From Fibrobacterota bacterium (lineage in GTDB: Bacteria; Fibrobacterota; Chitinivibrionia; Chitinivibrionales; FEN-1185), in the NCBI GenBank assembly GCA_003165595.1, contig PLWQ01000012.1, forward strand, positions 269,542-333,541: 64,000 nt of DNA, given 5' to 3'. How positions within the stretch are numbered: the first letter of the stretch is position 1; every line of letters begins with the position of its first letter. Positions 35,439 through 45,120 of the stretch are shown piece after piece. Below the pieces are notes generated by a model, which saw nothing but the letters and a program-made list of their open reading frames with translations, made no database searches and had not been told where the DNA came from. The position numbers were made by a program, and so were the translations under genes.

Positions 35439-36011
35439 CTACCTTTCCTGTTGTCGTGCAGGGCTCGTGGAGGCAGCAGGATTCCTTGCGGAATCAGGTT
35501 TCGCGCGGCCGGTGTCGGCCGGATTGCCCGTTCCTGGCGAACCCGTTGCCACGACCGAGGATTTCGGCGCCTTGATCTGCAATCCGCGTCCGTAAATAAT
35601 GCCCGAACCAAAATAGCCCAGTCCTATCATGACGACGAAGGCGACAACGTATAGAATGGTCATGGTCATGGTGTGCAGCTTGATTTCGGAACCGAGAATG
35701 ATCCCCGTGCCGAGTACGATGAGCGCGATGCCGGCAAGCGCCATCTTTATCATGATGGGTACAAACAGTGTTGCGTGGTAGAAATGGATCCAGTCCATAA
35801 CGCCGAGCATGATGGTGGGAAACGCGAAGATAAACGCAAGTATGGAGGCATGCCGCGCCGTGAGCGCCAGGTTCTTTTTCTTGAAAATGACGGCCACGAG
35901 GAAAAATATCAAGGCCCCCACAACAAGCCCTATCGGCATATGCGTCATCGGCGAATGGAGCGGCTCATTAAAACCGAATTTGGCAAGCAAGGCATAGAGG
36001 TCATCGATCAT
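35439..36011 (-). CDS. DUF2231 membrane protein
   Basis: ORF trimmed to ATG 36011 after GGAG. It has PLHSPMTHMPIGLVVGALIFF and five TM helices. It is paralogous to the membrane part of 29587..30147. Confidence 0.6.
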   Translation of the reverse strand: MIDDLYALLAKFGFNEPLHSPMTHMPIGLVVGALIFFLVAVIFKKKNLALTARHASILAFIFAFPTIMLGVMDWIHFYHATLFVPIMIKMALAGIALIVLGTGIILGSEIKLHTMTMTILYVVAFVVMIGLGYFGSGIIYGRGLQIKAPKSSVVATGSPGTGNPADTGRAKPDSARNPAASTSPARQQER

Positions 36012-36170
36012 TGGCGTTCTCCGGAGAATTTCCTTAAGGAAAATATATTCCGGGACTAAAACAGATTCCAAACCGGTGCTTCCGCAAGAGGGGACGCTTA
36101 ACGAAATTTCATTCTGTCATGGCTGCCAATCAAGCGGCAACCAATAAAAAAGCAAATTGTATTCCAGACA

Positions 36171-37586
36171 TCAGCCGAAGATCTGCATTTTTCGCTTTTC
36201 GATGCCGATCACCCTGTTTGCCCATAAAGAAGCGATTATCCCGGCAACAACATTGGCGAGAGACAACCCGAAAAAGGCCCCGGATATGCCTAAGAAATGC
36301 GCCCCAAAAAAAGCCAACGGAATCCAGAGGCAGAACGCAAGGATCCCTTCCAGGATCAGGGAATCGTAGGGTCGGCCTATGACATTGAGCGCCGTCCAGA
36401 TTATCTGGTGCACGCCCCTGAGGCCAAGGCTTGCGCCCAGAATCCACAAATAGAGCCGGGCACACGAAACCACGTGCAGGTCATTTGTAAACAGCGCCGC
36501 AAACCGGCCGCCCATAAGCAGAAACAGAGCAGCGAGCACCGCGCCCCATGCGAGGGAAAACCGCGAAGCGAACTGGAGACCCTTTTGTATTCTGTCTATT
36601 TTTCGCGCCCCATAGTTTTGCCCTACGAAGGGGCTCACGCCGGTTGAAAGGGCTATGATAAGAGTAAAACCCAGCGCCTCGATGCGCGTGGCCACGCCGA
36701 ACCCGGCAACCGCCTCGGCGCCGAAAGCGCTCACGATCCGGGTAATGATGCCGGTTGCGATTGGGACAACAGCGTTTGAAACCGCCACCACGAGCCCTGT
36801 GGCAAGAATGGTTTTCCAGGATTCTAAAAGCGTCGCGAGTCCGGGCCATGGCCGGCAAAGCAGCCCGTTGCGAAAGTAAAGCACCCACAACGAAACGCCG
36901 AGCATGAGACCCCGGGACACGAGGGAGGCAACTGCCGCACCCGCTATCCCCATGGCTGGAACAGGCCCCAACCCGAAGATAAACAGCGGGTCGAGGAGTG
37001 TGTTGGCGAGCATCCCGCCGGCCATGATGATGCTTGGCGTAAGCGTATCGCCGGTTGCCCGCATCACATTGTTGCCGATCATGGGGACCACAAAGAAGAC
37101 CATGCCCGGATACCAGACATACAGGTAACTCTTGACAAACGGCATGGTCGCATCCGTCGCGCCGAGGGCGCGAAACAGAGGCTCCACGCTGGCCAGCCCG
37201 CCGGCGGTGAGAACGATCACGCACGCGGCCGACAGCGTGAGGGAATCGGTTGCATAGCGCCGGATGCGGGACCGGTCTCCCTCGCCGATGCTTTTTGAAA
37301 TCGCCGCCATTGCTCCCACGCCGATACCGATTGTGAATGTGCTGATGACCATGACCACCGGAAAGGTGAGGGTAATTGCTGCAAGCGGAAGTGTGCCAAG
37401 CCGGGCCACAAAAAGCGTGTCTACAAGATTGAACGCCATCATGGAGAAAATGGCCAGGAGCATGGGCGCGGAAAGGCGGATAAGGGTGGGAGCGATAGGA
37501 CTGGAAATCAGTTTCGCGGAAGATGATGGAGAATTCATTACCGGGTTTGCTGCCTGTGCTGGTGAAAGAGAAAAATAGATTGTCAC
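36171..37586 (-). CDS. MATE-family efflux transporter
   Basis: 471 aa with 12 TM segments and a duplicated 6-TM architecture. The start may instead be the internal Met at 37538. Confidence 0.85.
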   Translation of the reverse strand: MTIYFSLSPAQAANPVMNSPSSSAKLISSPIAPTLIRLSAPMLLAIFSMMAFNLVDTLFVARLGTLPLAAITLTFPVVMVISTFTIGIGVGAMAAISKSIGEGDRSRIRRYATDSLTLSAACVIVLTAGGLASVEPLFRALGATDATMPFVKSYLYVWYPGMVFFVVPMIGNNVMRATGDTLTPSIIMAGGMLANTLLDPLFIFGLGPVPAMGIAGAAVASLVSRGLMLGVSLWVLYFRNGLLCRPWPGLATLLESWKTILATGLVVAVSNAVVPIATGIITRIVSAFGAEAVAGFGVATRIEALGFTLIIALSTGVSPFVGQNYGARKIDRIQKGLQFASRFSLAWGAVLAALFLLMGGRFAALFTNDLHVVSCARLYLWILGASLGLRGVHQIIWTALNVIGRPYDSLILEGILAFCLWIPLAFFGAHFLGISGAFFGLSLANVVAGIIASLWANRVIGIEKRKMQIFG

Positions 37587-37807
37587 TCACGCGGTGACAA
37601 TGATGAAGCAAAATCGGATACAGACCGTCCGTCTGCTTGCAGCAATGGCGATTCCTGAGATATTGGAACAACAGGCCTTTCAGAAGATTCTCACTTTTAG
37701 GAATTATTCCTAAAATTGAAAATTCACCATTGCCTTACTTTCTGCGTTATCAATGGAAAACCCCATTGGTATATTTTTTGCGAAAATCCGTCAACATCGG
37801 CTATACC

Positions 37808-38944
37808 ATGCAACAAGAAACACCTTTGCCTCAAAATCCATCAGCAAAGCCGGCGGCAAGCGGGCCGTCCGAACGTTTGAGGTTCGGGGACAACAGGTCC
37901 TTTCAGATCGAACTCAGACGAAGGATAGATGGCTTCTTTGGAACCAATGGAATCTCGCAGGTTGACAATTGGCAGATGTATTTGAAGAGTGCGATCATTC
38001 TTGCGTGCTTCGTGACCTCATATGCACTCCTGGTGTTCGCGTCGCGCACTTTCTGGATGGGTATCCCGCTTGCGGTCTTGCTGGGTCTTACCATGGCGGG
38101 CATCGGTTTCTGCGTCCAGCATGATGGCGGTCATAATGCCTACTCAAAACACCGGGCCATCAACAAACTCGCGGCAATGACGCTCGACCTTATCGGCGGA
38201 AGTTCGTATGTATGGCATTTCAAGCATGCGGTTATCCACCACACGTATGTCAACATCACGGGGTGGGACACCGACATCGATTTCGGCAGGCTCGCGCGTA
38301 TCTCCCCGCACCAGAAGCTGCTGCCGTTTCACCGATGGCAGCACCTCTACCTGTGGCCGCTCTACGGGTTCCTGGCAATCAAGTGGCAGCTTTTCGACGA
38401 TTTCCAGTATATCATTACGGGCCGTCTGGGCAGGCACCGCGTTCCCCGACCCCGCAGAAAAGACCTCGCGGTCTTTATCGTTGGAAAAGTCGTATTCTTC
38501 TTATGGGTATTCGCGATTCCGCTTATGTTTCATCCCTTCCTTGCAGTTCTTTTTTACTACGGCATTGCGGTACTGGTGCTCGGGCTGGTCCTCAGCATGA
38601 TATTTCTGTTGCCGCACTGCGTGGGGCAAGCCGACTTTCCCCTGCCCATAACCGGCTCGCAATCGATTGAAAAACCCTGGGCCCAGCATCAGGCCGGGGT
38701 AACACTTGACTTCGCACAAAGCAACTGGGCGGCCACCTGGCTGCTCGGCGGCCTCAACTATCACCTTGAACACCACCTGTTTCCCACAATTTGCCACGTC
38801 AATTACCCGGCAATGTCGAAGATCGTCAGGGAAACCTGCCGGGAATTCGGCGTGCCCTACCGGGCTCACCCTACATTTATCGAGGGGGTTGTGTCGCACT
38901 ATCGCTGGCTAAGACAAATGGGAATGCCGGACAATGGCTCGTGA
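37808..38944 (+). CDS. Membrane fatty-acid desaturase family protein
   Basis: ORF trimmed to ATG 37808. It has three His boxes: HDGGH, HAVIHH and HLEHHLFP. Confidence 0.85.
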   Translation: MQQETPLPQNPSAKPAASGPSERLRFGDNRSFQIELRRRIDGFFGTNGISQVDNWQMYLKSAIILACFVTSYALLVFASRTFWMGIPLAVLLGLTMAGIGFCVQHDGGHNAYSKHRAINKLAAMTLDLIGGSSYVWHFKHAVIHHTYVNITGWDTDIDFGRLARISPHQKLLPFHRWQHLYLWPLYGFLAIKWQLFDDFQYIITGRLGRHRVPRPRRKDLAVFIVGKVVFFLWVFAIPLMFHPFLAVLFYYGIAVLVLGLVLSMIFLLPHCVGQADFPLPITGSQSIEKPWAQHQAGVTLDFAQSNWAATWLLGGLNYHLEHHLFPTICHVNYPAMSKIVRETCREFGVPYRAHPTFIEGVVSHYRWLRQMGMPDNGS

Positions 38945-38983
38945 CCGGGGTTCATTGAATATGGGGTCGTGCCACGCCGGTTC

Positions 38984-39175
38984 TTATCCCGTAACCGCTA
39001 TCGCCTTTACCGGGCAACCTTCGGCGGCTTCGCTGCAGCACGCTTCATCTTCCGGAGGGACAGTGCCTGCCAAAGCGTGAGCAACGCCATCTACGGCCAT
39101 CGAAAAAAAAGACGGACATATCTGGGTACACAATTCACACCCGATGCAGAGGTCCTTGTCGACTGTCGCTTTCAT
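38984..39175 (-). CDS. Small [4Fe-4S]/[3Fe-4S] ferredoxin
   Basis: ORF trimmed to ATG 39175 after GGAGG. It is 63 aa with CIGCELCTQICP...CP. Confidence 0.8.
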   Translation of the reverse strand: MKATVDKDLCIGCELCTQICPSFFSMAVDGVAHALAGTVPPEDEACCSEAAEGCPVKAIAVTG

Positions 39176-39291
39176 AGTGATCCTCCAGCTTTCTTTCCAC
39201 TTTTGCTTCTTCGCCCGCGTAAAAGACGAGCGACCTGTTGCTGAGGTCGTTGGCCGGCGTGCGGCAAACAACCGACAGCAGCAAAGATTCA

Positions 39292-40350
39292 TCAGAGAAG
39301 CCTTTTCTCCATGAGCCATCTCTCCGCATCCATCGCCGCCATGCACCCGCCTCCCGACGCGGTCACCGCCTGACGGTATCTCTTGTCAACAATATCGCCG
39401 GCCGCAAATACTCCTTCGACCGAGGTGGCTGTCGTGCCCGGTTCGCACCGGATGTGTCCGGATTCATCGAGGCCAAGCTGGTTCGAAAGAAAAGCCGTGT
39501 TCGGCAAATGTCCAATGGCCTCAAAGGCGCCGCATACTTCCAATTCCCGTATGTCTCCCGTTGTTGCACTTTTTAGCCTGAGGCCTTCCAGAAGTTCGCT
39601 GCCAAAAAACTCCGCAACGGTCCGATCCCAGAGCACCTCAATACCCGGAGTATTCTGCACGCGATGCTGCATGATTTTGCTGGCGCGCAGCCGATCGCCC
39701 CGGTGTATCAGATAAACCTTCGAAGCGAATCGAGTGAGATGAAGCGCGCTTTCCGCGGCGGTATCTCCCCCTCCGATCACGGCAAGAGGCTTGTTCCGGA
39801 AGATCGGCAAAGCCCCGTCGCACACGGCGCAGGCCGAAATTCCCTTGCCCCAATATTTTTCCTCCGATGCGAGGGGCAGTCGCCTTGCCGCAGCGCCTGT
39901 TGCGACGATTACCGAATGCGTTTCCCACGCGCTGCCGTTCGAGCATACAATTGAAAAGGGACGTGCCCGCAAATTGGCCTCCTTCACGTCAGCCGCAACA
40001 ACTCGCAGGTTATACCCCTTTAACTGGTCTCTCATCAGTTGAATGAGTCCCGATCCATCAACCTCCCCTGCGAGGGCGGGAAAATTTTCGATTTTCCCTG
40101 CCACCATGAGTTGACCTCCCGCCATACCCCCCGTACCAGCGCCTTCAATGATTAAAGGGTTAATATTTGCACGTGCTGCATAAAGCGCGGCAGTCAAGCC
40201 GGCGGGGCCGGATCCTACGATGATAAGCTTTTCGGGTTGAGCCAACGCAATCTTCCTTGTGCGCCCTTTGTCGCATTTGGCCTGGTGAAGAGTTCTTGCG
40301 CAGGTAAACAGCAACAATGATACCAAAGACGAGGAAAACACAACGATCAC
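39292..40350 (-). CDS. trxB: Thioredoxin-disulfide reductase
   Basis: It has IIVGSGPAGLTAALYAAR (FAD), the CAVCDG redox site and VIGGGDTAAE (NADPH). The true start is probably downstream of 40350, because the first ~40 codons are not family-like. Confidence 0.85.
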   Translation of the reverse strand: MIVVFSSSLVSLLLFTCARTLHQAKCDKGRTRKIALAQPEKLIIVGSGPAGLTAALYAARANINPLIIEGAGTGGMAGGQLMVAGKIENFPALAGEVDGSGLIQLMRDQLKGYNLRVVAADVKEANLRARPFSIVCSNGSAWETHSVIVATGAAARRLPLASEEKYWGKGISACAVCDGALPIFRNKPLAVIGGGDTAAESALHLTRFASKVYLIHRGDRLRASKIMQHRVQNTPGIEVLWDRTVAEFFGSELLEGLRLKSATTGDIRELEVCGAFEAIGHLPNTAFLSNQLGLDESGHIRCEPGTTATSVEGVFAAGDIVDKRYRQAVTASGGGCMAAMDAERWLMEKRLL

Positions 40351-40728
40351 AGGAATAACGCTTTGGCGCTATTGCCGTATTTCGCATATCCGGGATTTCT
40401 TCAGAACTGACAATTGATTCTCTTGAAAACAAGAATACAAAACTCCTTTGCTCCTCGTTGCCAGGAAATGATCTCCCACTTGCAAACTCCCTATTCCGAT
40501 TCGACCGGAACCGCCTCCGGCGCCACCTTCTCGGTAAAATGCCTGAGCAGCACAAGTGAGCACCTTTTCCCCACTATGTCGATCACCAAGGTACGCGCTT
40601 TCTTCCGGGCATAGCGATTGCTCAATAATGTCTCCAGTGCATTAGGACGCTTCCTTAAGTTGTTGGTTGGGGAACTTTAGGCCGATGGAAATAATGCAGT
40701 TTTGAACTTGACAAAAAAGGAGATCCCT

Positions 40729-41148
40729 ATGATTGATTTCAGTATTTCCGTTCTACCGCTTATTGTCCTGGCCGTGGTCAATTTTATTCTCAGCTGGGTC
40801 TGGTACTCACCGCTTTTGTTTGCAAAACCCTGGATGAAAGCACTGGGAATTGATCCTCAGCATACAATGACCGAGCAGGATAAAAAGAAGATGCCATGGC
40901 TGTTCCTGAGCGGCATTGTCGCTTCTCTCTTTGTGGTCTATGCCATGATGGTGATCATCCACAGTTTAAGGGCAACCGATTTCTTTTCCGGCCTGGCCGT
41001 GGGCATAGTTATCTGGGCAGGTTTTGCCCTCACGCATAGCCTTAATACACTCTGGGAAGGAAGAAAACCGCTGGTTCTGGTGATCAATAACGGCTTGTTC
41101 CTCCTGACATATGCCTTATACGGAGGAATCCTGGCAATCTGGCGATAG
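40729..41148 (+). CDS. DUF1761 membrane protein
   Basis: ORF trimmed to ATG 40729 after AAGGAG. It has FILSWVWYSPLLFAKPWMKALG. Confidence 0.7.
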   Translation: MIDFSISVLPLIVLAVVNFILSWVWYSPLLFAKPWMKALGIDPQHTMTEQDKKKMPWLFLSGIVASLFVVYAMMVIIHSLRATDFFSGLAVGIVIWAGFALTHSLNTLWEGRKPLVLVINNGLFLLTYALYGGILAIWR

Positions 41149-41149
41149 T

Positions 41150-41578
41150 ATGGACAAGAATCTTGTTGCAAAAGCTTCAATAATTATCAACGCATCGTGC
41201 CCAAAAGTCTGGGCTGCGCTGGTGAATCCGGAAGCCATCAAACAATACATGTTCGGCACGACGGTTGTGACGGACTGGCGCGAAGGCAGCGATATAGTGT
41301 GGAAAGGCGTGTGGCAGGGCAAATCGTATGAAGACAAAGGGGTAATCCTCAAAAACAAACCGCTCAACATAATTCAATACAGTCATTTCAGCCCGTTTTC
41401 GGGACTCAGTGATAAACCGGAGAACTATCACATTGTGACAATTGAATTGACAGACGAAGGAGATCATACCCGGGTGGCGCTGACCCAGGATAAGAATCCG
41501 ACTCAGGCAGTGCGCGACCATTCCCAAAAAAACTGGGAAATGCTGCTTGCGGGCCTAAAAAGGTTTGCGGAACAATAG
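41150..41578 (+). CDS. SRPBCC/AHSA1-family protein
   Basis: ORF trimmed to ATG 41150. The pattern is ASIIINASCPKVWAALVNPEAIKQYMFG...W.G. Confidence 0.75.
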   Translation: MDKNLVAKASIIINASCPKVWAALVNPEAIKQYMFGTTVVTDWREGSDIVWKGVWQGKSYEDKGVILKNKPLNIIQYSHFSPFSGLSDKPENYHIVTIELTDEGDHTRVALTQDKNPTQAVRDHSQKNWEMLLAGLKRFAEQ

Positions 41579-41610
41579 CGCTGCATACGGCATCGAATGC
41601 CGCCTGCGAA

Positions 41611-41994
41611 CTACTTTCGGGCGGCAGCATCCTGAACCGCGGGAGGAAATTCCGAGAACTCCTGCACCTGTCGCACCTCGATAATATCGTTGTCCGAGGC
41701 GGGACAGCGCGATGCCCAGGCAATCGCCTCCTCTTTTGACTTCACCCGGATCATCCAATACCCGCCGAGAATTTCATTTACATCAGGAAATGGGCCGCCG
41801 GTCACCGAGGGTTTCCCTTTGTTAAATGCGATACGCGCGCCCATTGAGGGCGGGTGCAGGCCTTCGAGCGAGAGCAGCACACCCGCCTCCTGCAGCGTTT
41901 TGTTGTACTTCGCCATCGCCTCAACGGCCTTGGCATCGGGCATGGTGCCCGGCGCAGCCTTTTCATATCCTTTGGGTATCTTCCGCTTTGTCAT
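41611..41994 (-). CDS. YciI-like (DGPF domain) protein
   Basis: 127 aa with ...VTGGPFPDVNEILGGYWMIRVKSKEEAIAWASRCP. Confidence 0.7.
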   Translation of the reverse strand: MTKRKIPKGYEKAAPGTMPDAKAVEAMAKYNKTLQEAGVLLSLEGLHPPSMGARIAFNKGKPSVTGGPFPDVNEILGGYWMIRVKSKEEAIAWASRCPASDNDIIEVRQVQEFSEFPPAVQDAAARK

Positions 41995-42109
41995 TGAACC
42001 ACAAAAAGGGGATGATCTTTTTCACAAGCAATCCTCCTCATCCAAAGGCGATTATGGGAAGCCGCACCGTTCCGCACGACGGCTTAAATTCGTGGGGGAT
42101 CTCCTTACG

Positions 42110-43141
42110 TCAATATTCTTCCCGGGCCGGAAGAAGCGGAACCTCCAGTGCCTGTTTCGGAATTGCGCCCGTAAGGGCGTTCAGGAACGCCATAAGGTTC
42201 TTCAGCTCGTCGCCGGGCAACGTTCTGTTGAGCTGCGCTTTTGCCATGATGTATACCGCATCGGTCAACGAATTGACCGAACCGTCATGGAAATACGGAG
42301 GAGTCATGGCGACGTTCCGGAGCACCGGCACCTTGAACACGTATTTGTCGTTTTCGTCCCCCGTCACCACGAACCGCCCCAGATCGGGCGATTGGCTCTT
42401 CGTAAATGTCCAATATGGCGCGCTCACTCCGAACTTTTTGTACGACTGCCCGCCAAAATACACGCCGGAATGACATGAGGCGCACCCCTCGGATACAAAT
42501 GTCTTCAACCCTTTCTTTTGCCCCGGCGTCAACGCATCGGGGTCTCCATTTACAAACGCATCAAAGAGACCCGGGGTAACCAGGGTCCGCTCGAACGCTC
42601 CCACCGCGAGGGCAAAATTCTGCTCCTTGATCGGCTGGGTGTCGAGCGGAAAGGCCGCCTTGAAAAGCGGTTCGTACCCGTGGATGGCTTTGAGCACCTT
42701 CATCGCCGAATCGTACGAGGGCATCCCGAAGGACGGCGGACCGATGAGGGCCTGCCGTGCCTGGTCCTCCACGCTCGTCCTGTTTCCGATCCAGTGGGCA
42801 GAGATCTGCGCCGCGGCATTGAGAATTGTGGGGGCGTTTCTCGGGTTTATTTTACAGGAATTCCCAATTGCCATTGGCAAGCCATCCGCCGCGTACAGCC
42901 CCAGGGGGTGACACCGCGAGCAGCTTACCGTGCCGTCGGCCGAAATGCGGGTCTCGTAAAAAAGGATTTTGCCGAGTGCGGCTTTCTCCGGTGTGATCGG
43001 GTTCTCGGGCGAAGCCATCTGGAGCGGAAGGATGCCGAACGTTTTTTGGGCCAGGGCAGCCAGATCCGATCCGTTCCCCTGGGCAAAAAGAAAAACAGGC
43101 GCAATTACGATAAAGATTGTGAGACGCATTGAAGGTATCAT
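42110..43141 (-). CDS. Dihaem cytochrome c peroxidase (CCP/MauG family)
   Basis: Haem sites are CSRCHP and CASCHSG. It also has PPYFHDGS and a signal peptide. The start is at 43141 or 43129. Confidence 0.85.
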   Translation of the reverse strand: MIPSMRLTIFIVIAPVFLFAQGNGSDLAALAQKTFGILPLQMASPENPITPEKAALGKILFYETRISADGTVSCSRCHPLGLYAADGLPMAIGNSCKINPRNAPTILNAAAQISAHWIGNRTSVEDQARQALIGPPSFGMPSYDSAMKVLKAIHGYEPLFKAAFPLDTQPIKEQNFALAVGAFERTLVTPGLFDAFVNGDPDALTPGQKKGLKTFVSEGCASCHSGVYFGGQSYKKFGVSAPYWTFTKSQSPDLGRFVVTGDENDKYVFKVPVLRNVAMTPPYFHDGSVNSLTDAVYIMAKAQLNRTLPGDELKNLMAFLNALTGAIPKQALEVPLLPAREEY

Positions 43142-43442
43142 AGCCGCTTTTTCCTCCGACAGCAGGGGCGACGTTTCTGTAAACAGCAATCCGCGTTCCA
43201 GATCCTTTAACGCGCATGCATGAGCGATTTGAGGAATTGATTCGACGTTTTTGAAACTGCGAAATGTTTCTTACTATTGGAGATGCCGTGCGGGTACGTC
43301 CCTAAAGTTCTTGTTGAGACGGGTCCTCATGAGACGGCACATGGTTTGCAAACCATTATCCGGTAAACGCCGTCGGCTACCCGCAAAACGAGCAGGCGGT
43401 AACACTGTCAATCCACATTCAAAATTAAGGGAAGGAGTCATT

Positions 43443-43616
43443 ATGAGTAGTGCAGTCGACCGTGAAAAAATCGCCCAGCGCGCCTACCAGATTTACGAAC
43501 AGCGCGGAAAGCGTCCGGGTTCTGAACTTGACGACTGGATAAAGGCGGAACAGGAACTCATGGATCAGGGAAAGCCGAAGAGTCAGTCGAGCAAGAAGAA
43601 ATCATTCCCCTACTGA
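43443..43616 (+). CDS. DUF2934-like small protein
   Basis: ORF trimmed to ATG 43443 after GGAAGGAG. It has IAQRAYQIYEQRGKRPGSELDDWIKAEQEL. Confidence 0.6.
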   Translation: MSSAVDREKIAQRAYQIYEQRGKRPGSELDDWIKAEQELMDQGKPKSQSSKKKSFPY

Positions 43617-43628
43617 TTGCGTTTGCGG

Positions 43629-43668
43629 AAAGGCCCTTGGCGCATTCCGGCAAGGGCCTTTTCTTCCT
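43629..43668 (+). terminator. Rho-independent terminator
   Basis: AAAGGCCCTTG-gcgcattccgg-CAAGGGCCTTT followed by TCTTCC, 13 nt after the stop. Confidence 0.6.
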
Positions 43669-43886
43669 GCAAAGATTGCCTGGCGCTGCCGGGACAGAGC
43701 TTTCGCGGCGAATACCATTACCCTGCAAAAGCCAAATCAAGAAGCCTTTCGATTTTCCCATTTCTAAAACCGTTTTGCAGGAATGAAAATACCGACTGCG
43801 CCTATTCTACCTTTTCGGGGTAAACGGAGAAGGTCTTGCGATAATTTCAACTCAGTTATTAGTCAGAGCACAAATGGGTGACATGT

Positions 43887-44003
43887 GTCACTCCCACGAA
43901 AGTGGGAGTCCATCTTTTCTTCATGCAGTGGATTGGCAAGTGCCTCTGCTCCAAGAGTTCTGTATGCTGGTGAAGTCGCGGCCCCGCTTTCGCGGGAATG
44001 ACA
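43887..44003 (+). repeat. MITE/REP-like palindromic element, copy 1 (117 bp)
   Basis: The left end is GTCACTCCCACGAAAGTGGGAGTCCATCTTTTC. The right end is CCCCGCTTTCGCGGGAATGACA. The termini are inverted copies and each is itself a GC hairpin. Confidence 0.6.
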
Positions 44004-44067
44004 TACGCCACGGATGTCAACTAATTACCAACTTTCAATACTTATGCCTGAGGCCGTGGTTGTTTGC

Positions 44068-44640
44068 TCAGTTCAAAACTGTCTCCGCCGAATAATCGGG
44101 TACAATGGTTTCATGCGAGGTCAAACTTAATACCCTTTCGGCCTCTTTGTGGTTAAGATACCAGATCTTTACGTCAAACAGGAATTCTCTGGCCACGTCC
44201 GCCATCATGAGGAGGAGCGAGTGCGCCCTTGCGTTTCTTTCAACAGCGGCATACGCCAGATAGAATTCCAGTTCGTCGGCTGAGATTTCATGGATGAGGG
44301 TAAAGATGTCCCCGAAACTTTCATCCGCCAATTCGGCGTTTTCGTAGCTATTTTCAAAATGCGGCAACCAGGAAACAGGCTTTAGCTCCAGTCCCATGCT
44401 GAGGGAAATTTTTTCAAGGACCCTTCTCTGTGCATCTTTTTTCACGCCCAGGTACTGGAAAAATGCCTTATTCACCAGGCTCGGGCTCAAACCTCCCATC
44501 TTTTCAAAAAACAGAATCGCCTTGGATGCCCTTTCATGGCCGCACTCCAGGATATTGGCAAACCGAGTAAGACAGTCGTCTTTGTTCTCTGCATTGTTTG
44601 AAGGAGAGCTGATATGATTATGTTCAAGAATTCTTTCCAT
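44068..44640 (-). CDS. Hypothetical protein (190 aa), no recognisable motif
   Basis: It is the only long ORF in an AT-richer segment bracketed by the two palindromic elements. It looks predominantly helical by eye. Confidence 0.45.
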   Translation of the reverse strand: MERILEHNHISSPSNNAENKDDCLTRFANILECGHERASKAILFFEKMGGLSPSLVNKAFFQYLGVKKDAQRRVLEKISLSMGLELKPVSWLPHFENSYENAELADESFGDIFTLIHEISADELEFYLAYAAVERNARAHSLLLMMADVAREFLFDVKIWYLNHKEAERVLSLTSHETIVPDYSAETVLN

Positions 44641-44773
44641 TGAAATCCTCCATAGTATTTTTTCAATAATCGGTTAAATAACTCTTTTCTTTTCAATAAA
44701 ATGCAATAGCCATGCCAATTGAAAGATCTATTTCTAAAGGGAACCTCTATTTATTCACAAAATTTGATTTGAT

Positions 44774-44850
44774 GTCACTCCCGCGAAAGCGGGAGTCCAT
44801 CTTTTCCTATGGAAACCAACAAATGGATTCCCGCTTTCGCGGGAATGACA
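44774..44850 (+). repeat. MITE/REP-like palindromic element, copy 2 (77 bp)
   Basis: GTCACTCCCGCGAAAGCGGGAGTCCATCTTTTC...GGATTCCCGCTTTCGCGGGAATGACA, in the same orientation as copy 1. An outer inverted repeat GGGAACCTCTA / TAGAGGTTGCC flanks it at about 44740 and 44867. Confidence 0.65.
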
Positions 44851-45120
44851 CTTAACCCTGCAATTTCTAGAGGTTGCCTAAAATGATTCTAATAAGAACA
44901 TGTGGTATTTGATTTGCTGAATATTATTGAATGCTTCTTGACTCTAATAAAATGATCGGAATCCGGCAAGGTGTTGTGCCCCTTTCGTGGAATTTTGATA
45001 GTACCCGGCAGTAATCCGAACGCAGCGGACCCTTAATGGTCCCGACTACTTGCCTGCGGTTAGCTTTATGACCGCTGGTTTATTATTTTGTCTTATAATT
45101 TAACCGTAAAACGGATACCT

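Noticed and set aside
40231-40350. A hydrophobic 40-residue N-terminal extension on thioredoxin reductase suggesting a membrane-anchored TrxB.
   Set aside because: It is most likely start-codon over-extension of the ORF. The FAD-binding GSGPAG motif begins right after it, and an in-frame TTG near 40245 could be the true start. This cannot be resolved without homologue alignment.
43874-44095. The 73-aa ORF containing SHESGSPSF and RPRFRGNDI.
   Set aside because: It is encoded by the palindromic MITE/REP-like element itself. Such repeats typically give spurious short ORFs.
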